Below are positions 10,674 to 20,532 of a stretch of 64,000 bases of DNA, one piece after another. Within the stretch, counting starts at the first letter, position 1; each line of letters opens with the position of its first letter. A program made the translations under genes and the position numbers. The DNA is from Deltaproteobacteria bacterium (GTDB lineage Bacteria > Myxococcota_A > UBA796 > UBA9615): positions 1,570 through 65,569 of the forward strand of contig PBPL01000023.1 of assembly GCA_002724675.1 (NCBI GenBank), given 5' to 3'. The notes under the pieces were generated by a model that made no database searches, was not told the DNA's origin, and was given only the letters and a program-made list of their open reading frames with translations.

Positions 10674-12115
10674 ACCCCATCGTCCTTCGCCTGCTCCGCT
10701 TCGGCTCCTATGGCCTCTGGTTCATCACACTGTTCTTGCTGCTGTGCTGGCTGCTCTTTCCATGGGGACGCCTAGCTGACCGCATGGTCGTCAGTGCCGC
10801 TGACATGGGCCTCGCTCTCAACCTCGACACCCTTCGCATCAGTCCCTTCGGATTCAAGGCGAAGGGGCTCGGTATCGGTCCCCTCAGTAAGGATGGGAGT
10901 GCCGGGGAGTGGCTAGCCGTAGACCAACTGCGATTTAGTCTGCCCGAGACCGGCCTGCTGGGTGGCGCGCTAGCGGGCAGGGCCGCGATCAACTCCACTT
11001 CAGGGAAGCTTGCTCGAACTGTCCTGACGGCCACAGAAAAGTTAGAGCTCGAAGCCCGGCTGTATGGGGGTGACATGAAGGCGAGCTTGTCCTCCGATGA
11101 GGACGCTGCACGCTTAGCTGTGAACGCGAGTGGACTCCAGTTGGCTCAGTACCAACTCGACATGGGGTCCTTCCAGGCCACTCCCAGCAGTGGAACTCTT
11201 CGAAACAAGTCGAAGGTGACCTGGCACTGGGAGGACGCCAAGAAGTCCAGCGGGAACATCGACCTCGTCATCGATGGTCTGATCCTATCCGGCCTCAAGG
11301 TGATGGGCTTTGGGCTACCCGAGGCAGCCTTCGATCGATCTGAGGTCCACGTGAAGATCAGTAGGGGCCGAGCCGAGGTGCGAGACACGGCTCTCGAGGG
11401 CGATACACTGAAGGCCGCGGTGGAGGGGTACGTCCACCTCCACACAGAGCCCATGCGAAGCCGCTTAGCCCTTCGCCTTCGCTTCAAGGTACGAGACGAT
11501 CTCGACGGGCTCCTCAAGGTGGCCTTCGGCTCCAAGCCAAAACATAAAGACGGGGATGGCTGGTACCACTATCAACTGAACGGTACGGCTGGAAAACCGC
11601 GGTTGCGGGAGAGCCGCGCAGCCGCTCGAAGGGCTCAGTCCAAGGGCTCAAGAACCGTCTCTGACAAGAAGGGCGGTGGCAAAGACAAGGGCAAGGGTAG
11701 CAGGACAACGAGACCGGTGGAACCCGACGAAGACGGAATCGAACCAGAACAGATCAGTGATGAGCGTCGTGAGGAACTGGAAGAAGAGCGGGCTCGCCTA
11801 CGTGAGGAGCGTGCACAAAGGAGAGAGGAACGAAGGCAGAAGCGCGAAGACCTGATCAAGAAACGGAACCAGCGCCAGAAAACCCTGCAGTCCGACCCCG
11901 CGCTAGAAGTCGTGGAGAGCGCCGAGGACGAGGAGTCGGCTGACGAGGACGAAGAAGCGCAGGAGGATGCCTCAGGGCCTGAAGAGTCCGAGACTGAAGA
12001 GTCCGAGGCTGAAGAGTCCGAGGCTGAAGAGGACGAAGAGGACGACGAACAACAGCAGGAGAGCGAACCCACTGACGAGACCGACGAGTCTGATGAAGAG
12101 GACGACGAGGAGTAG
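10670..12115 (+). CDS. gspN: GspN-like protein with a long Arg/Glu-rich and poly-acidic C-terminal extension
   Basis: N-terminal TM (LWFITLFLLLCWLLF). Position after gspM. ATGA overlap. The C-terminal ~170 aa is a charged single-helix-like stretch plus a Glu/Asp/Ser tail with three 15-nt EESEA repeats. Confidence 0.5.
   Translation: MNPIVLRLLRFGSYGLWFITLFLLLCWLLFPWGRLADRMVVSAADMGLALNLDTLRISPFGFKAKGLGIGPLSKDGSAGEWLAVDQLRFSLPETGLLGGALAGRAAINSTSGKLARTVLTATEKLELEARLYGGDMKASLSSDEDAARLAVNASGLQLAQYQLDMGSFQATPSSGTLRNKSKVTWHWEDAKKSSGNIDLVIDGLILSGLKVMGFGLPEAAFDRSEVHVKISRGRAEVRDTALEGDTLKAAVEGYVHLHTEPMRSRLALRLRFKVRDDLDGLLKVAFGSKPKHKDGDGWYHYQLNGTAGKPRLRESRAAARRAQSKGSRTVSDKKGGGKDKGKGSRTTRPVEPDEDGIEPEQISDERREELEEERARLREERAQRREERRQKREDLIKKRNQRQKTLQSDPALEVVESAEDEESADEDEEAQEDASGPEESETEESEAEESEAEEDEEDDEQQQESEPTDETDESDEEDDEE
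11981..12031 (+). repeat. Three tandem 15-nt repeats (GAAGAGTCCGAG(A/G)CT) encoding EESE(T/A) in the gspN tail
   Basis: Read directly in the sequence. Confidence 0.7.
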
Positions 12116-12118
12116 CCG

Positions 12119-13117
12119 TTAACCCACGGGTGGGGCGTTGAGGACCGTGCTGGGTCGGTCCGACTCTAGTTGAGAGCTACCCGCCTCAATACGACGGAGG
12201 CGCACCAGCCCTTCCTCAGTGAGCTTGCGATTCGCCGCGACGAGGTCCGCCAACAGGGCAATCATGCCCAGCTGCACCCCAACGATCAGCAAGACCCCCG
12301 ACAGCACGACGGACTGCACGTGACCGCTGCCCTCACCCTGCGCATAGAGCCACAAGAAACGCACCCCTATGGCGAGGCCACTCGCAAAGGACACACTGCC
12401 CAGAGTGAAGAAGGTGCGGAAGGGTCTGTAGAGCAGGTAGGACCTTAGAATCGTCACGGCAGATCGAGAAACATAGGTACGGATGCTCTTGATGAGACGA
12501 CTCTCCCGGAGCTTCTCATTGGTGCCGATTGGGACCGACTCAATCTGCATGCCGGCGTGACCCGCTTGAATGATTGACTCAAGGGTATAGGTGTAGCGGT
12601 TGACCAGGTTCAGCCGCATCGCCGCATGCCTACTCCAGCAGCGGAAACCCGAGGTCGCATCAGGTACGAGCGTGCCCGAGAACTGCCGCACGACCCAACT
12701 ACCCAAGGTCTGGAGACGCTTCTTCGTCCACGAGAAGTGGGCGATGTCCGAGGTCTTACGATCGCCAATGGCGACATCCGCTCCCCCGCTCACAACCGGC
12801 TCCACCAGCGCGGCAATCGACGCGCCCGAATACTGGTTGTCCCCATCTGTGTTGACGATGTAATCGGCCCCCAACCTCAGGCAGGCGTCGATACCGGCAC
12901 GGAAAGCTGCAGCCAATCCCCGGTTGCGTGGAAAACGCACCAGATGGTGTACGCCATGCTCCCGGGCAACCTCAATCGTCCGATCGCTCGATCCGTCATC
13001 AATGATGAGGATCTCAATCCTATCGATTCCCTCAATCGAGCTGGGCAAGTCGCGAAGGGTCGCCGGCAACGTCGCCTCTTCGTTAAGGCAGGGAATCTGA
13101 ATGATCAACAAAGACAT
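12119..13117 (-). CDS. Family 2 glycosyltransferase (polyprenol-phosphate sugar transferase-like)
   Basis: LIIQIPCLNEEATLPATL ... ILIIDDGSSDRT ... DGDNQ motifs typical of GT2/DPM1-like enzymes. C-terminal TM helices. Confidence 0.8.
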   Translation of the reverse strand: MSLLIIQIPCLNEEATLPATLRDLPSSIEGIDRIEILIIDDGSSDRTIEVAREHGVHHLVRFPRNRGLAAAFRAGIDACLRLGADYIVNTDGDNQYSGASIAALVEPVVSGGADVAIGDRKTSDIAHFSWTKKRLQTLGSWVVRQFSGTLVPDATSGFRCWSRHAAMRLNLVNRYTYTLESIIQAGHAGMQIESVPIGTNEKLRESRLIKSIRTYVSRSAVTILRSYLLYRPFRTFFTLGSVSFASGLAIGVRFLWLYAQGEGSGHVQSVVLSGVLLIVGVQLGMIALLADLVAANRKLTEEGLVRLRRIEAGSSQLESDRPSTVLNAPPVG

Positions 13118-13255
13118 GAAGGCATCCTGCGCAGGCTAGGAGAACGGTCAGCGGCCGGACCTTACTGCATGGACGAACCCGTGGAAAGGACTGCAGGTCG
13201 AGCTGCTGACTGTGGGGAGGACAGTTCCTGACCCGTCTAACGGCTAGGGTGGCAC

Positions 13256-13936
13256 GTGATGATGACGAACACTTCCCCGCTACCCTTGCCCACTCCATCA
13301 GTCCAGCCAGGGCATGACACCCCTAGGCTCTGCTACCCTTCCACGCTGATGCTGGACCCCTCCAACCTCGTCTGGGTCGACCTTGAGATGACCGGGCTTG
13401 AGCCCGATGATCACCTCATCATCGAGGTGGCTATCTTGGTCACTGATGCACACTTGCGGGTGCTCGAGGAAGGCCCCTGCGTGGCCATCCACCAAAGCGA
13501 CGAGACCCTGGCAAGGATGGATGACTGGTGCACTCGAACACACACAGCCTCAGGCCTTGTGAAGCGCATTCGCGAGTCCGATGTCACTATTGAGCAAGCG
13601 GAAGCGAAAGCTCTTGAGTTCGTCTCCAAGTGGGTCCCACCGGGTCGGTCTCCTCTCTGCGGAAATTCCATCTCCCACGATCGGCGCTTTCTCAGACGCT
13701 ACATGCCGCGATTCGAGGAGCACCTGCACTATCGACACATCGACGTCAGCACCATCAAAGAGCTGGTGAGCCGCTGGTATCCCCGCGACCTACGACCACC
13801 AACTAAAAAAGGGCACCATCTCGCTCTGGATGACATCCGGGAGAGTGTAGAAGAGCTCCGATGGTATCGAGAGCACGTCTTCGTTCATCCACCCCAAACG
13901 CCTAGTGGGGCCGAGGGCGACGATTCCGTCAACTGA
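13256..13936 (+). CDS. orn: Oligoribonuclease Orn (probable true start at ATG 13349)
   Basis: [37 protein letters not shown] ... [13 protein letters not shown] is a near-canonical Orn/DEDDh sequence. The N-terminal 31 codons of the listed ORF precede the conserved Orn start. Confidence 0.9.
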   Translation: MMMTNTSPLPLPTPSVQPGHDTPRLCYPSTLMLDPSNLVWVDLEMTGLEPDDHLIIEVAILVTDAHLRVLEEGPCVAIHQSDETLARMDDWCTRTHTASGLVKRIRESDVTIEQAEAKALEFVSKWVPPGRSPLCGNSISHDRRFLRRYMPRFEEHLHYRHIDVSTIKELVSRWYPRDLRPPTKKGHHLALDDIRESVEELRWYREHVFVHPPQTPSGAEGDDSVN

Positions 13937-13956
13937 CCGAGGCTTGGGCCATCACA

Positions 13957-15066
13957 ATGCAAGCTTCGCCGCCGTTTCGCTACAGACTACTCCGCCGTGT
14001 AGCGGTCGATGCGGACCGAGTCGTCTTCCTGGGAGAACAACTAGGCGTTGCCAACTTCTCACGTCGAGTCGCCGTGAAGGTCTTTCAGGCAGAGTTTGCC
14101 GCCGTGGAGCAACTCCTTGACCTGATTCGGAGCCAAGTACACCTCAACTGTGCACTCCACCACGGCTCGATCGTCGGCCTATCGGACAGCGGAATTCACA
14201 AAGGATCGCCTTACCTAGTGTTCGATTACGTAGATGGCCCCGATCTCGAGGCCATCTTCAAGCGACGCGGTGAAGCCAAGGTGCCGGTAGAGGCTACGCT
14301 TCGAATTGTCGCTCAACTTGCTGATGCTCTCCATTACACACACACAAGCGGCGCCGACGGCGGCCGAAATCCCGAGCCTGTGCACGGCGGCATCAGCCCC
14401 AGTCGGGTCCTGGTTGAGGTGTCTGGGGCCGTCCGGGTGACAGGCTTCGGCTCTCCCCTGAAGGACCTCGCATACTCGTCGCCTGAACAGCTCCGCGGTG
14501 ACCCGTTAGATGGACGCAGTGACCTCTTCTCTCTAGGTGGACTTCTCTACGAGTGTCTCACGGGAGTTCAACCCTTCCGGCAGTCCACCCCACACCGCAC
14601 GGTCGATGCCATCTTGGGGCACTCCTGTGAGTCCCCTTGCGCGCACCGACACGACCTCAGCCCATCTCTGGGCCAGCTCGTCCTCAGTTGCCTGGAAAAG
14701 AGTCCGGAGAGTCGACCGCACAATCTCGACGAGCTTCGCAAGCAGCTGCTCTCGCATCTGGGCTTTGAGGCCAGCTGGATGCGTCGAAGAGCACTTTCGG
14801 ACTTCCTTGCCGAGACCTTCCCCGAGCGCACACCTGGCTTCCTCAAGGACAGCCAGCCAACGCCCACGCCTCCATCGTGGGATCACCTGGTACACCGTCT
14901 TTCCCCTCGCGTTGTCCCGCTGCCGCAATCTCTAGACGATCAAACGTTCAGCAGCATTGGCCTCGTCAACAATCCCTGCGCTGCCGGGCCTCGGATCTCG
15001 CAGCGCCCCGAACCGGACGAGACTGGCGACCCTCTCGCTGTCACAGGAGGAGCCGGCAATGCCTGA
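13957..15066 (+). CDS. Ser/Thr-kinase-fold pseudokinase 1 (HRD Asp and DFG Asp absent)
   Basis: Kinase subdomains are recognisable (VAVKVF with the Lys kept; YLVFDYVDGPDL), but the catalytic loop reads VHGGISPSRVLV and DFG is replaced by GFG. Confidence 0.7.
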   Translation: MQASPPFRYRLLRRVAVDADRVVFLGEQLGVANFSRRVAVKVFQAEFAAVEQLLDLIRSQVHLNCALHHGSIVGLSDSGIHKGSPYLVFDYVDGPDLEAIFKRRGEAKVPVEATLRIVAQLADALHYTHTSGADGGRNPEPVHGGISPSRVLVEVSGAVRVTGFGSPLKDLAYSSPEQLRGDPLDGRSDLFSLGGLLYECLTGVQPFRQSTPHRTVDAILGHSCESPCAHRHDLSPSLGQLVLSCLEKSPESRPHNLDELRKQLLSHLGFEASWMRRRALSDFLAETFPERTPGFLKDSQPTPTPPSWDHLVHRLSPRVVPLPQSLDDQTFSSIGLVNNPCAAGPRISQRPEPDETGDPLAVTGGAGNA

Positions 15067-16042
15067 TGCTGGCTTCATTGAGGTCGAGCCTCGATCTCTG
15101 GATGACTTCCGGATCATTCAACGGTTGTCCGAGAACCACGGGATCTCGTCTTCTCTCGCTGTCATGGAGGGGCACTTTGGTCTAGCCAGGCGTGTCCTAC
15201 TCAAGGTAACTGAGAGCAGCCTACACAGCGGAATTGGCGTCGCCCTTCGGCTCTCGGACGAGGCACGGCTCTGCCAGGCCCTCAGGCACCCGAACCTGCT
15301 CTCAGCCCACGAGCTGGGAAGAGACGGTGATCGCTTCTTTCTCGTGCGTCAGTGGGTCGAAGGTGTGGGCTTGCGAAAGCTCATGCGGGGGGTTTGGGAC
15401 GAGGGCACCTTCCCCGTCACCGCCGCGCTGCACATCGGGCAGGAAATATGCAGCGCCCTCGCCTATCTGCACACGCTGTCCATCCAACCGTGGGCACCGG
15501 TAGGCATCGTTCATCTAGCCGTCACGCCATCGAATATTCTCGTCACCCCGTCAGGCGAGGTCTTCCTCGGAAACCTGTTCGGAGCACGCCCCATTGGCAA
15601 GAGCGCCGGCGCAGATGTCGACCCCGAAATCGCTCAGGCTCGACCTCATGGCTCGGTGCCAGCCTATGAGGCTCCCGAAATTGCCACTGGCACGAATGTC
15701 GATGGGCGAGCAGACCTGTTTGCCCTAGCGATGCTCCTGTACGAAGCGATCCTGGGGCCAACTGCGCTAGCCGGAAACCCTGGGTTTGACTGGAGGCGCC
15801 ACCGTCACGACGGCCAAATTCTCGAACAACTCGAAGACGCGGACCTTCCGGACGACCTGAAGAGCATTCTCGAGCGCACGATGTCTCCGCGCCCAGAAGA
15901 CAGACCTAGCTCAGCCCAGGAGTTACGCGATGCGTTGTGGCACATCTCTCAGAGCCAATACGAAAGACGAGGGCAAGAAGAGCTCCGGATGATCGCCCGT
16001 CAGCACTTCGAGGGCACCGAAATCCCCGAGGAAGACGACTGA
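15059..16042 (+). CDS. Ser/Thr-kinase-fold pseudokinase 2 (IVHLAVTPSNILV instead of HRDLKPSN; NLFG instead of DFG)
   Basis: The ATG at 15059 overlaps the stop of pseudokinase 1 by 8 nt (ATGCCTGA), with AGGAGG 9 nt upstream. The APE motif is intact (YEAPE). Confidence 0.7.
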   Translation: MPDAGFIEVEPRSLDDFRIIQRLSENHGISSSLAVMEGHFGLARRVLLKVTESSLHSGIGVALRLSDEARLCQALRHPNLLSAHELGRDGDRFFLVRQWVEGVGLRKLMRGVWDEGTFPVTAALHIGQEICSALAYLHTLSIQPWAPVGIVHLAVTPSNILVTPSGEVFLGNLFGARPIGKSAGADVDPEIAQARPHGSVPAYEAPEIATGTNVDGRADLFALAMLLYEAILGPTALAGNPGFDWRRHRHDGQILEQLEDADLPDDLKSILERTMSPRPEDRPSSAQELRDALWHISQSQYERRGQEELRMIARQHFEGTEIPEEDD

Positions 16043-16057
16043 ACCTCGACGGCAGTC

Positions 16058-17929
16058 TCAGCCCAAGAGGCGGCCTTCTTCTGTCAAAGCCCCACCCTCA
16101 CCCGGCTCCAGGTTATCGACCGACGGCGCCTCGTCCAAAGACAACGAATCGCTCTCAGAGGCGAGCTTGGGCGTTCCACCATTGGAGGCAGCGCTCTCTG
16201 GAAGTTGTCTCGGTACGCTGAGCACAAACCGACTGCCGCGATTGAGCTCGCTCGTCACGGTGATGGAGGCCCCCAACAGGCGTGCAAACTTACGACTAAT
16301 GGTCAGGCCCAGCCCGCTGCCGCCGTACTCTCGAGTGGAGGTTCCGTCGGCCTGGCGAAACTCGTCGAAGATACTGGTCAGGGCATCGGGAGGGATCCCG
16401 ACCCCAGAATCGGCCACGACAATCTGCACATGATCCTGGTCTGCGTGGGACGTTTCGATGTGGATCGATCCCTCTCGGGTGAACTTGACCGCGTTGTGCA
16501 CCAGGTTGAAGAGGATCTGTCGCAGCTTTTGTCGGTCCGTATGAAACTCAACAGCCCCTTCACAATCATTCGTCCAATCCAGGGTGAGCTCTTTGCGCAC
16601 GGCCAACACTCGCCCGGTCTCCATCAGTTCCTCCATGATGTTCGTCAAGGAGAACGGCTCGGGGCGCAACCGAAGTTGCCCGGCTTCAATTCGAGCAAGG
16701 TCCAAGATCCCGTTGATGAGCTCAAGTAGATCGTTGGCACGCCTCGCAACGCCATCCACAGCCGCAACCTGCTCCGCTGCCATCCGTCCATAAATCTCAC
16801 CCAGGAGAAGGTCGGCGTACCCAATAATGGCGTTAAGCGGTGTTCGTAACTCGTGGCTTACGTTTGCAAGGAACTCCGACTTGAGGCGGGTGGCTTCCAG
16901 AATCTGTTGATTCTTCTTTCGAAGATCTTCATTGGCTCTCTCGATTTGGTTGATGTAGGCCACATTCTCTTGCTCAAGCTGCTTCTCGTGGGTCACATCG
17001 GTTCCCATGATCACCAAACCACCCGCCTGGGAAGCAGCATCGTTCTCCACTGCCAGAGGCGCCAAGGAGATCCGTGCGATGAAGCCACTGCCGTCAGCTG
17101 CCACAGCATGCATCTCTCGAGAAATGCCGGCACTCAGTCCCAATTGATGCACAAGGCTATCCAGACCAGCATCGGACTCCGCACTCTCCTCGAAGAGTGT
17201 CCGAAAATTGCGGCGACCGACCACATCTGTAGCCTGGAGCCGGAAGCAGGCCTCAGCACCACGGTTGAAGGTCAGAATGACACCCTGGGGATCAGTCGCG
17301 ATGATGAAGTGATCGGTGGTCGAATCTAGAACTCGGTTGAGAAAAGCCGACATCGATCGCAACTCAGCTGTGCGTTCCTGGATGGTCGCCTCCAGCGAGT
17401 TCGACAACAAGCGCAGCTGCTCTTTCTTTTCACGCACCTTTTCGTATGCGATGTCGAGCGCTCGATTGCGCTCCTCCTGCTCCTGACTCGTTGCCAATTG
17501 CCCATCAGCTTTCAGAACGATGTCCCGCGCCAACAACTTGCGCATCAACACCTGGCTGACCGTTCGCGTCAACGATCTGGCAGAGACCTGACTCTTGACC
17601 AGGTAGTCGTATGCCCCCATGCGAAACAAGTCGGCAGCAAGTGCCTCATCACCCTCGCCGGTGATTACGACAACGGCCACGTCCAGCAATCGCTTCCGAA
17701 TCTCCGCTAGCACCTCAAGACCGTCAAAGTCCGGGAGTCGATAGTCGAGCAGCACCAGGTCCCATTCCCGGTTGACCAGTTGGCTCAGCGCTTCCTCGCC
17801 ACTCCCCGCTGAGCCCACCTCGGCATCAGGCAGCTCCTGGCGCAGGATCTCGGCAGTCAGGTCGACGAAAGTGTGATTGTCATCGACGATCAGAATCGCT
17901 GGTCTGCTGGTGGGATCATCACGTGACAT
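16058..17929 (-). CDS. Hybrid signal-transduction protein: N-terminal receiver, coiled coil, PAS, HisKA and HATPase_c
   Basis: ILIVDDNHTFVDL...LVLLDYRLPDFDG (receiver); VSHELRTPLNAIIGYADLL (H-box); GGSGLGLTISRKFARLLG (G2 box). Confidence 0.85.
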   Translation of the reverse strand: MSRDDPTSRPAILIVDDNHTFVDLTAEILRQELPDAEVGSAGSGEEALSQLVNREWDLVLLDYRLPDFDGLEVLAEIRKRLLDVAVVVITGEGDEALAADLFRMGAYDYLVKSQVSARSLTRTVSQVLMRKLLARDIVLKADGQLATSQEQEERNRALDIAYEKVREKKEQLRLLSNSLEATIQERTAELRSMSAFLNRVLDSTTDHFIIATDPQGVILTFNRGAEACFRLQATDVVGRRNFRTLFEESAESDAGLDSLVHQLGLSAGISREMHAVAADGSGFIARISLAPLAVENDAASQAGGLVIMGTDVTHEKQLEQENVAYINQIERANEDLRKKNQQILEATRLKSEFLANVSHELRTPLNAIIGYADLLLGEIYGRMAAEQVAAVDGVARRANDLLELINGILDLARIEAGQLRLRPEPFSLTNIMEELMETGRVLAVRKELTLDWTNDCEGAVEFHTDRQKLRQILFNLVHNAVKFTREGSIHIETSHADQDHVQIVVADSGVGIPPDALTSIFDEFRQADGTSTREYGGSGLGLTISRKFARLLGASITVTSELNRGSRFVLSVPRQLPESAASNGGTPKLASESDSLSLDEAPSVDNLEPGEGGALTEEGRLLG

Positions 17930-18105
17930 GTTCGTCTTCAGGGCGACTCAGGGCCCAACTCCAGGAATCGAGTCAAAGACTCAAGTGGTCTCCGGTGAAC
18001 CTGACAACGACCCCCATCCGCAACTCAGCATAGCGAAGAGCCTCGCCCCTGCCGACTGAGCGGTCCTACAGGACGTCTCCAGGCCAACCCACCGGGTGGC
18101 CATTC

Positions 18106-20532
18106 TTAGCGAAGAATGACTCGAAGTCGCTGGCCGGGCCGCACTCGGTCGTTTCGAATGTCGTTCCAGTTCTTGAGATCGTCAACCGAGACACCGTACT
18201 TGCGAGAGATCGCCCAGAGCGTGTCACCCGACTGCACCTGGTAGGCGATTGAGCGCTCGCGGGAAGACTCTGAGTTGCTCCGATCGGGATAGACGGTCAA
18301 TTGCTGACCAATGCGTATCTTCGACGAACTGAGACGATTCCAAGAGACGAGGTTGTCCACACTCACCCGGTACTGGGACGCTATCCCATACAGAGTTTGA
18401 CCCTTCTCGACGGAGTGAACGAGGGGGGAGCCACCGGTACCCGTCGCAACGACACTGAGCTTCTGACCTACCCGGATGCGGTCATTCCTGAGCCTGTTGA
18501 GGTCCATCAACTGACGGGTGGTCATTCCATAGCTGCTCGCAACCGCCGAGAGCGTGTCGCCAGCTTTGACCACGTAACCAACGGTAGAGGGGGGCGGCGG
18601 CGCCGCGACCAATCGCAACCTGTCTCCCGGGTGAATCACACCACTCCTCGGGAGATTGTTGATCTCCCTCAGGCCCTCAGACGACAGCCCATACCGAGTG
18701 GCAATTCTCGCCAGAGAGTCGCCCTTGCGGACGGTATAGAACGTAGGCCTTCGCTGCGTGTCCGAGTTTGCTGGCTTCGCATCCGCTTTCGTCTGTACGG
18801 GCTCAGACTTGGCCGAAGCTGAACTATCGCTGCCCACCACAACCTTGAGCTTCTGGCCCACCTTGACCACGTCACTCCGAAGGTCATTCATGGCCTTGAG
18901 TGTCTTCACGTCCAACTTGTAGCGAGCCGCAATTCGCGTGAGATTGTCACCCTTGTCGACGACATGGATGACGGTTCGTACCGGAAGGCTGTCCGCTCGC
19001 ACTGGGATGACCAGCATTTGTCCCACCCGCAAGCGACGGGGATTCCGAATGCTATTCATTTTTTGAACGGCCGACGTCGGCACCTTGTACCGACCGGCAA
19101 TGCGCCCCAGGGTCTCGCCAGAGCGAACCCTGTGGCGAACAAAGGTGACACGCTCCTTCTCAGGAAGGCGCTCAAAGGCGCGACTAAATTTCTTCGAGGT
19201 GCCCAACGGTAGGCGGAGACGATAGTTTTCAACCCCAGGCGGCGTATAGCCACGACGAAGAGCTGGATTAATGAACTCCAACTCTTCGAGCGTGGTGCCC
19301 GACAGCCGCGCTACGAGGTTGAGATCGGTAGCCTCTGGCACCGTGACGATGTCGTGGGCCCACGGAGAGAGACGATGCTCTTCAGGAATGTCTTCGGTCA
19401 GACCATAGCGATCTCGGTACTTCGATAGGACAGAGGCCGCAATGATCTTGGGAACATAGTTCTTCGTTTCGGGCTTCAAGTAGCTGCGATGAGAAGCGAT
19501 CAGTTCCCAGTAGTCATTCGTGCCGTACATGGAAATGGCTCGGCCGATCTTCCCACCACCTGCGTTGTAGGCTGCCGATGCGAGCTCCCACTTGCCGAAG
19601 CGGTCGTACAGCTCACTCATGAACTGCACCGCCGCGCCTGTTGCCAGCTCGGGATCGCGCCGCTCGTCAATCCACCAGGTCCGGTCCAGACCGTAGGCGC
19701 GGCCGGTCGAAGAGATGAACTGCCATACTCCCACCGCCTTCGCATGAGATGTAGCGAAAGGATTGAAGCCCGATTCGATCATCGCCTGGTAGAGCAGATC
19801 CTCTGGGAGCCCCGCCTTCTTGAGGGCCGGAAGGATGAGAGGCTCATACCGCTCGGCACGAGCCAACCACTTAACGAACCACTTGCGACCCCGGGTAAGG
19901 AAGTAAACCATCCAAGCTTGAACGCGACTGTTGAGGACAATTGGGTAGTCAAAGTCGCGTGGGTCGATCCGATCCAGATACAGGGGAGGGCGGTCCTTGA
20001 GAGCTTTCACGGGGTTCACGTAGATGTCGGCGGAGGGCTGGAGTAAGTGGTCTGCAGCCCCGAAGAATGCCCGCGACTCCCCCTGGACCTCTTCTCGTTT
20101 GGAGGCCGCCGTCAAGGTCCGGCGACCGTCATGCGCATGGAGCCCCTGAAGCACCTGCTCAAGGAGCACAACGATCTCCTCCGAGCTGACGGCGTCCCCC
20201 TCCTCCACGCCCACCTGGGGAAGAGCCCAGGCATCGTTCATGAAGCAGGTCGCGGGATCCTCACCAGAGCACCGAACTCGCTGGAGGATGGCTTCTCGAC
20301 GCTGCGCGGCCCTCCGAGCCTCCGCTCGAGCCGCAGCCCTCAACGCACGGCGCTCTTTGTGGGACTGGCCTTGTTTGGCCTTGAGCGGGGCTTTCCGATC
20401 TTCCGATGGCGAGGAGACACTAGACCCGTCTTCCGAACGCACCGGACCAGGAGACAACAAGACACAGAAAGCCAGCAAGAGGGCCACAAGAGAGCCTCTG
20501 CAACCAATCCAAACGCAACAACGGGACGACAT
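18106..20532 (-). CDS. mltD: Membrane-bound lytic murein transglycosylase D-like (SLT domain + ~6 LysM repeats)
   Basis: ESGFNPFATSHAKAVGVWQFISSTG...AAYNAGGGKI (SLT catalytic region). Repeated YTV(R/K)KGD(S/T)L..IA..Y LysM modules. N-terminal signal peptide. Confidence 0.85.
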   Translation of the reverse strand: MSSRCCVWIGCRGSLVALLLAFCVLLSPGPVRSEDGSSVSSPSEDRKAPLKAKQGQSHKERRALRAAARAEARRAAQRREAILQRVRCSGEDPATCFMNDAWALPQVGVEEGDAVSSEEIVVLLEQVLQGLHAHDGRRTLTAASKREEVQGESRAFFGAADHLLQPSADIYVNPVKALKDRPPLYLDRIDPRDFDYPIVLNSRVQAWMVYFLTRGRKWFVKWLARAERYEPLILPALKKAGLPEDLLYQAMIESGFNPFATSHAKAVGVWQFISSTGRAYGLDRTWWIDERRDPELATGAAVQFMSELYDRFGKWELASAAYNAGGGKIGRAISMYGTNDYWELIASHRSYLKPETKNYVPKIIAASVLSKYRDRYGLTEDIPEEHRLSPWAHDIVTVPEATDLNLVARLSGTTLEELEFINPALRRGYTPPGVENYRLRLPLGTSKKFSRAFERLPEKERVTFVRHRVRSGETLGRIAGRYKVPTSAVQKMNSIRNPRRLRVGQMLVIPVRADSLPVRTVIHVVDKGDNLTRIAARYKLDVKTLKAMNDLRSDVVKVGQKLKVVVGSDSSASAKSEPVQTKADAKPANSDTQRRPTFYTVRKGDSLARIATRYGLSSEGLREINNLPRSGVIHPGDRLRLVAAPPPPSTVGYVVKAGDTLSAVASSYGMTTRQLMDLNRLRNDRIRVGQKLSVVATGTGGSPLVHSVEKGQTLYGIASQYRVSVDNLVSWNRLSSSKIRIGQQLTVYPDRSNSESSRERSIAYQVQSGDTLWAISRKYGVSVDDLKNWNDIRNDRVRPGQRLRVILR

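Noticed and set aside
12113-12135. Short GC hairpin between convergent gspN and the GT2 gene
   Set aside because: The stem is only 4-5 bp and lies inside the GT2 coding sequence. The two stops are 3 nt apart, which leaves no room for a classical terminator.
13236-13256. TGGCACG element resembling a sigma-54 -24 box upstream of orn
   Set aside because: There is no TTGC(A/T) -12 element at the required 5-nt spacing, so it is probably a chance match.
18102-18117. ATTCTT-AGCG-AAGAAT hairpin at the 3' end of mltD
   Set aside because: The 6-bp AT-rich stem overlaps the stop codon and has no U-tract, so it is too weak to call a terminator.
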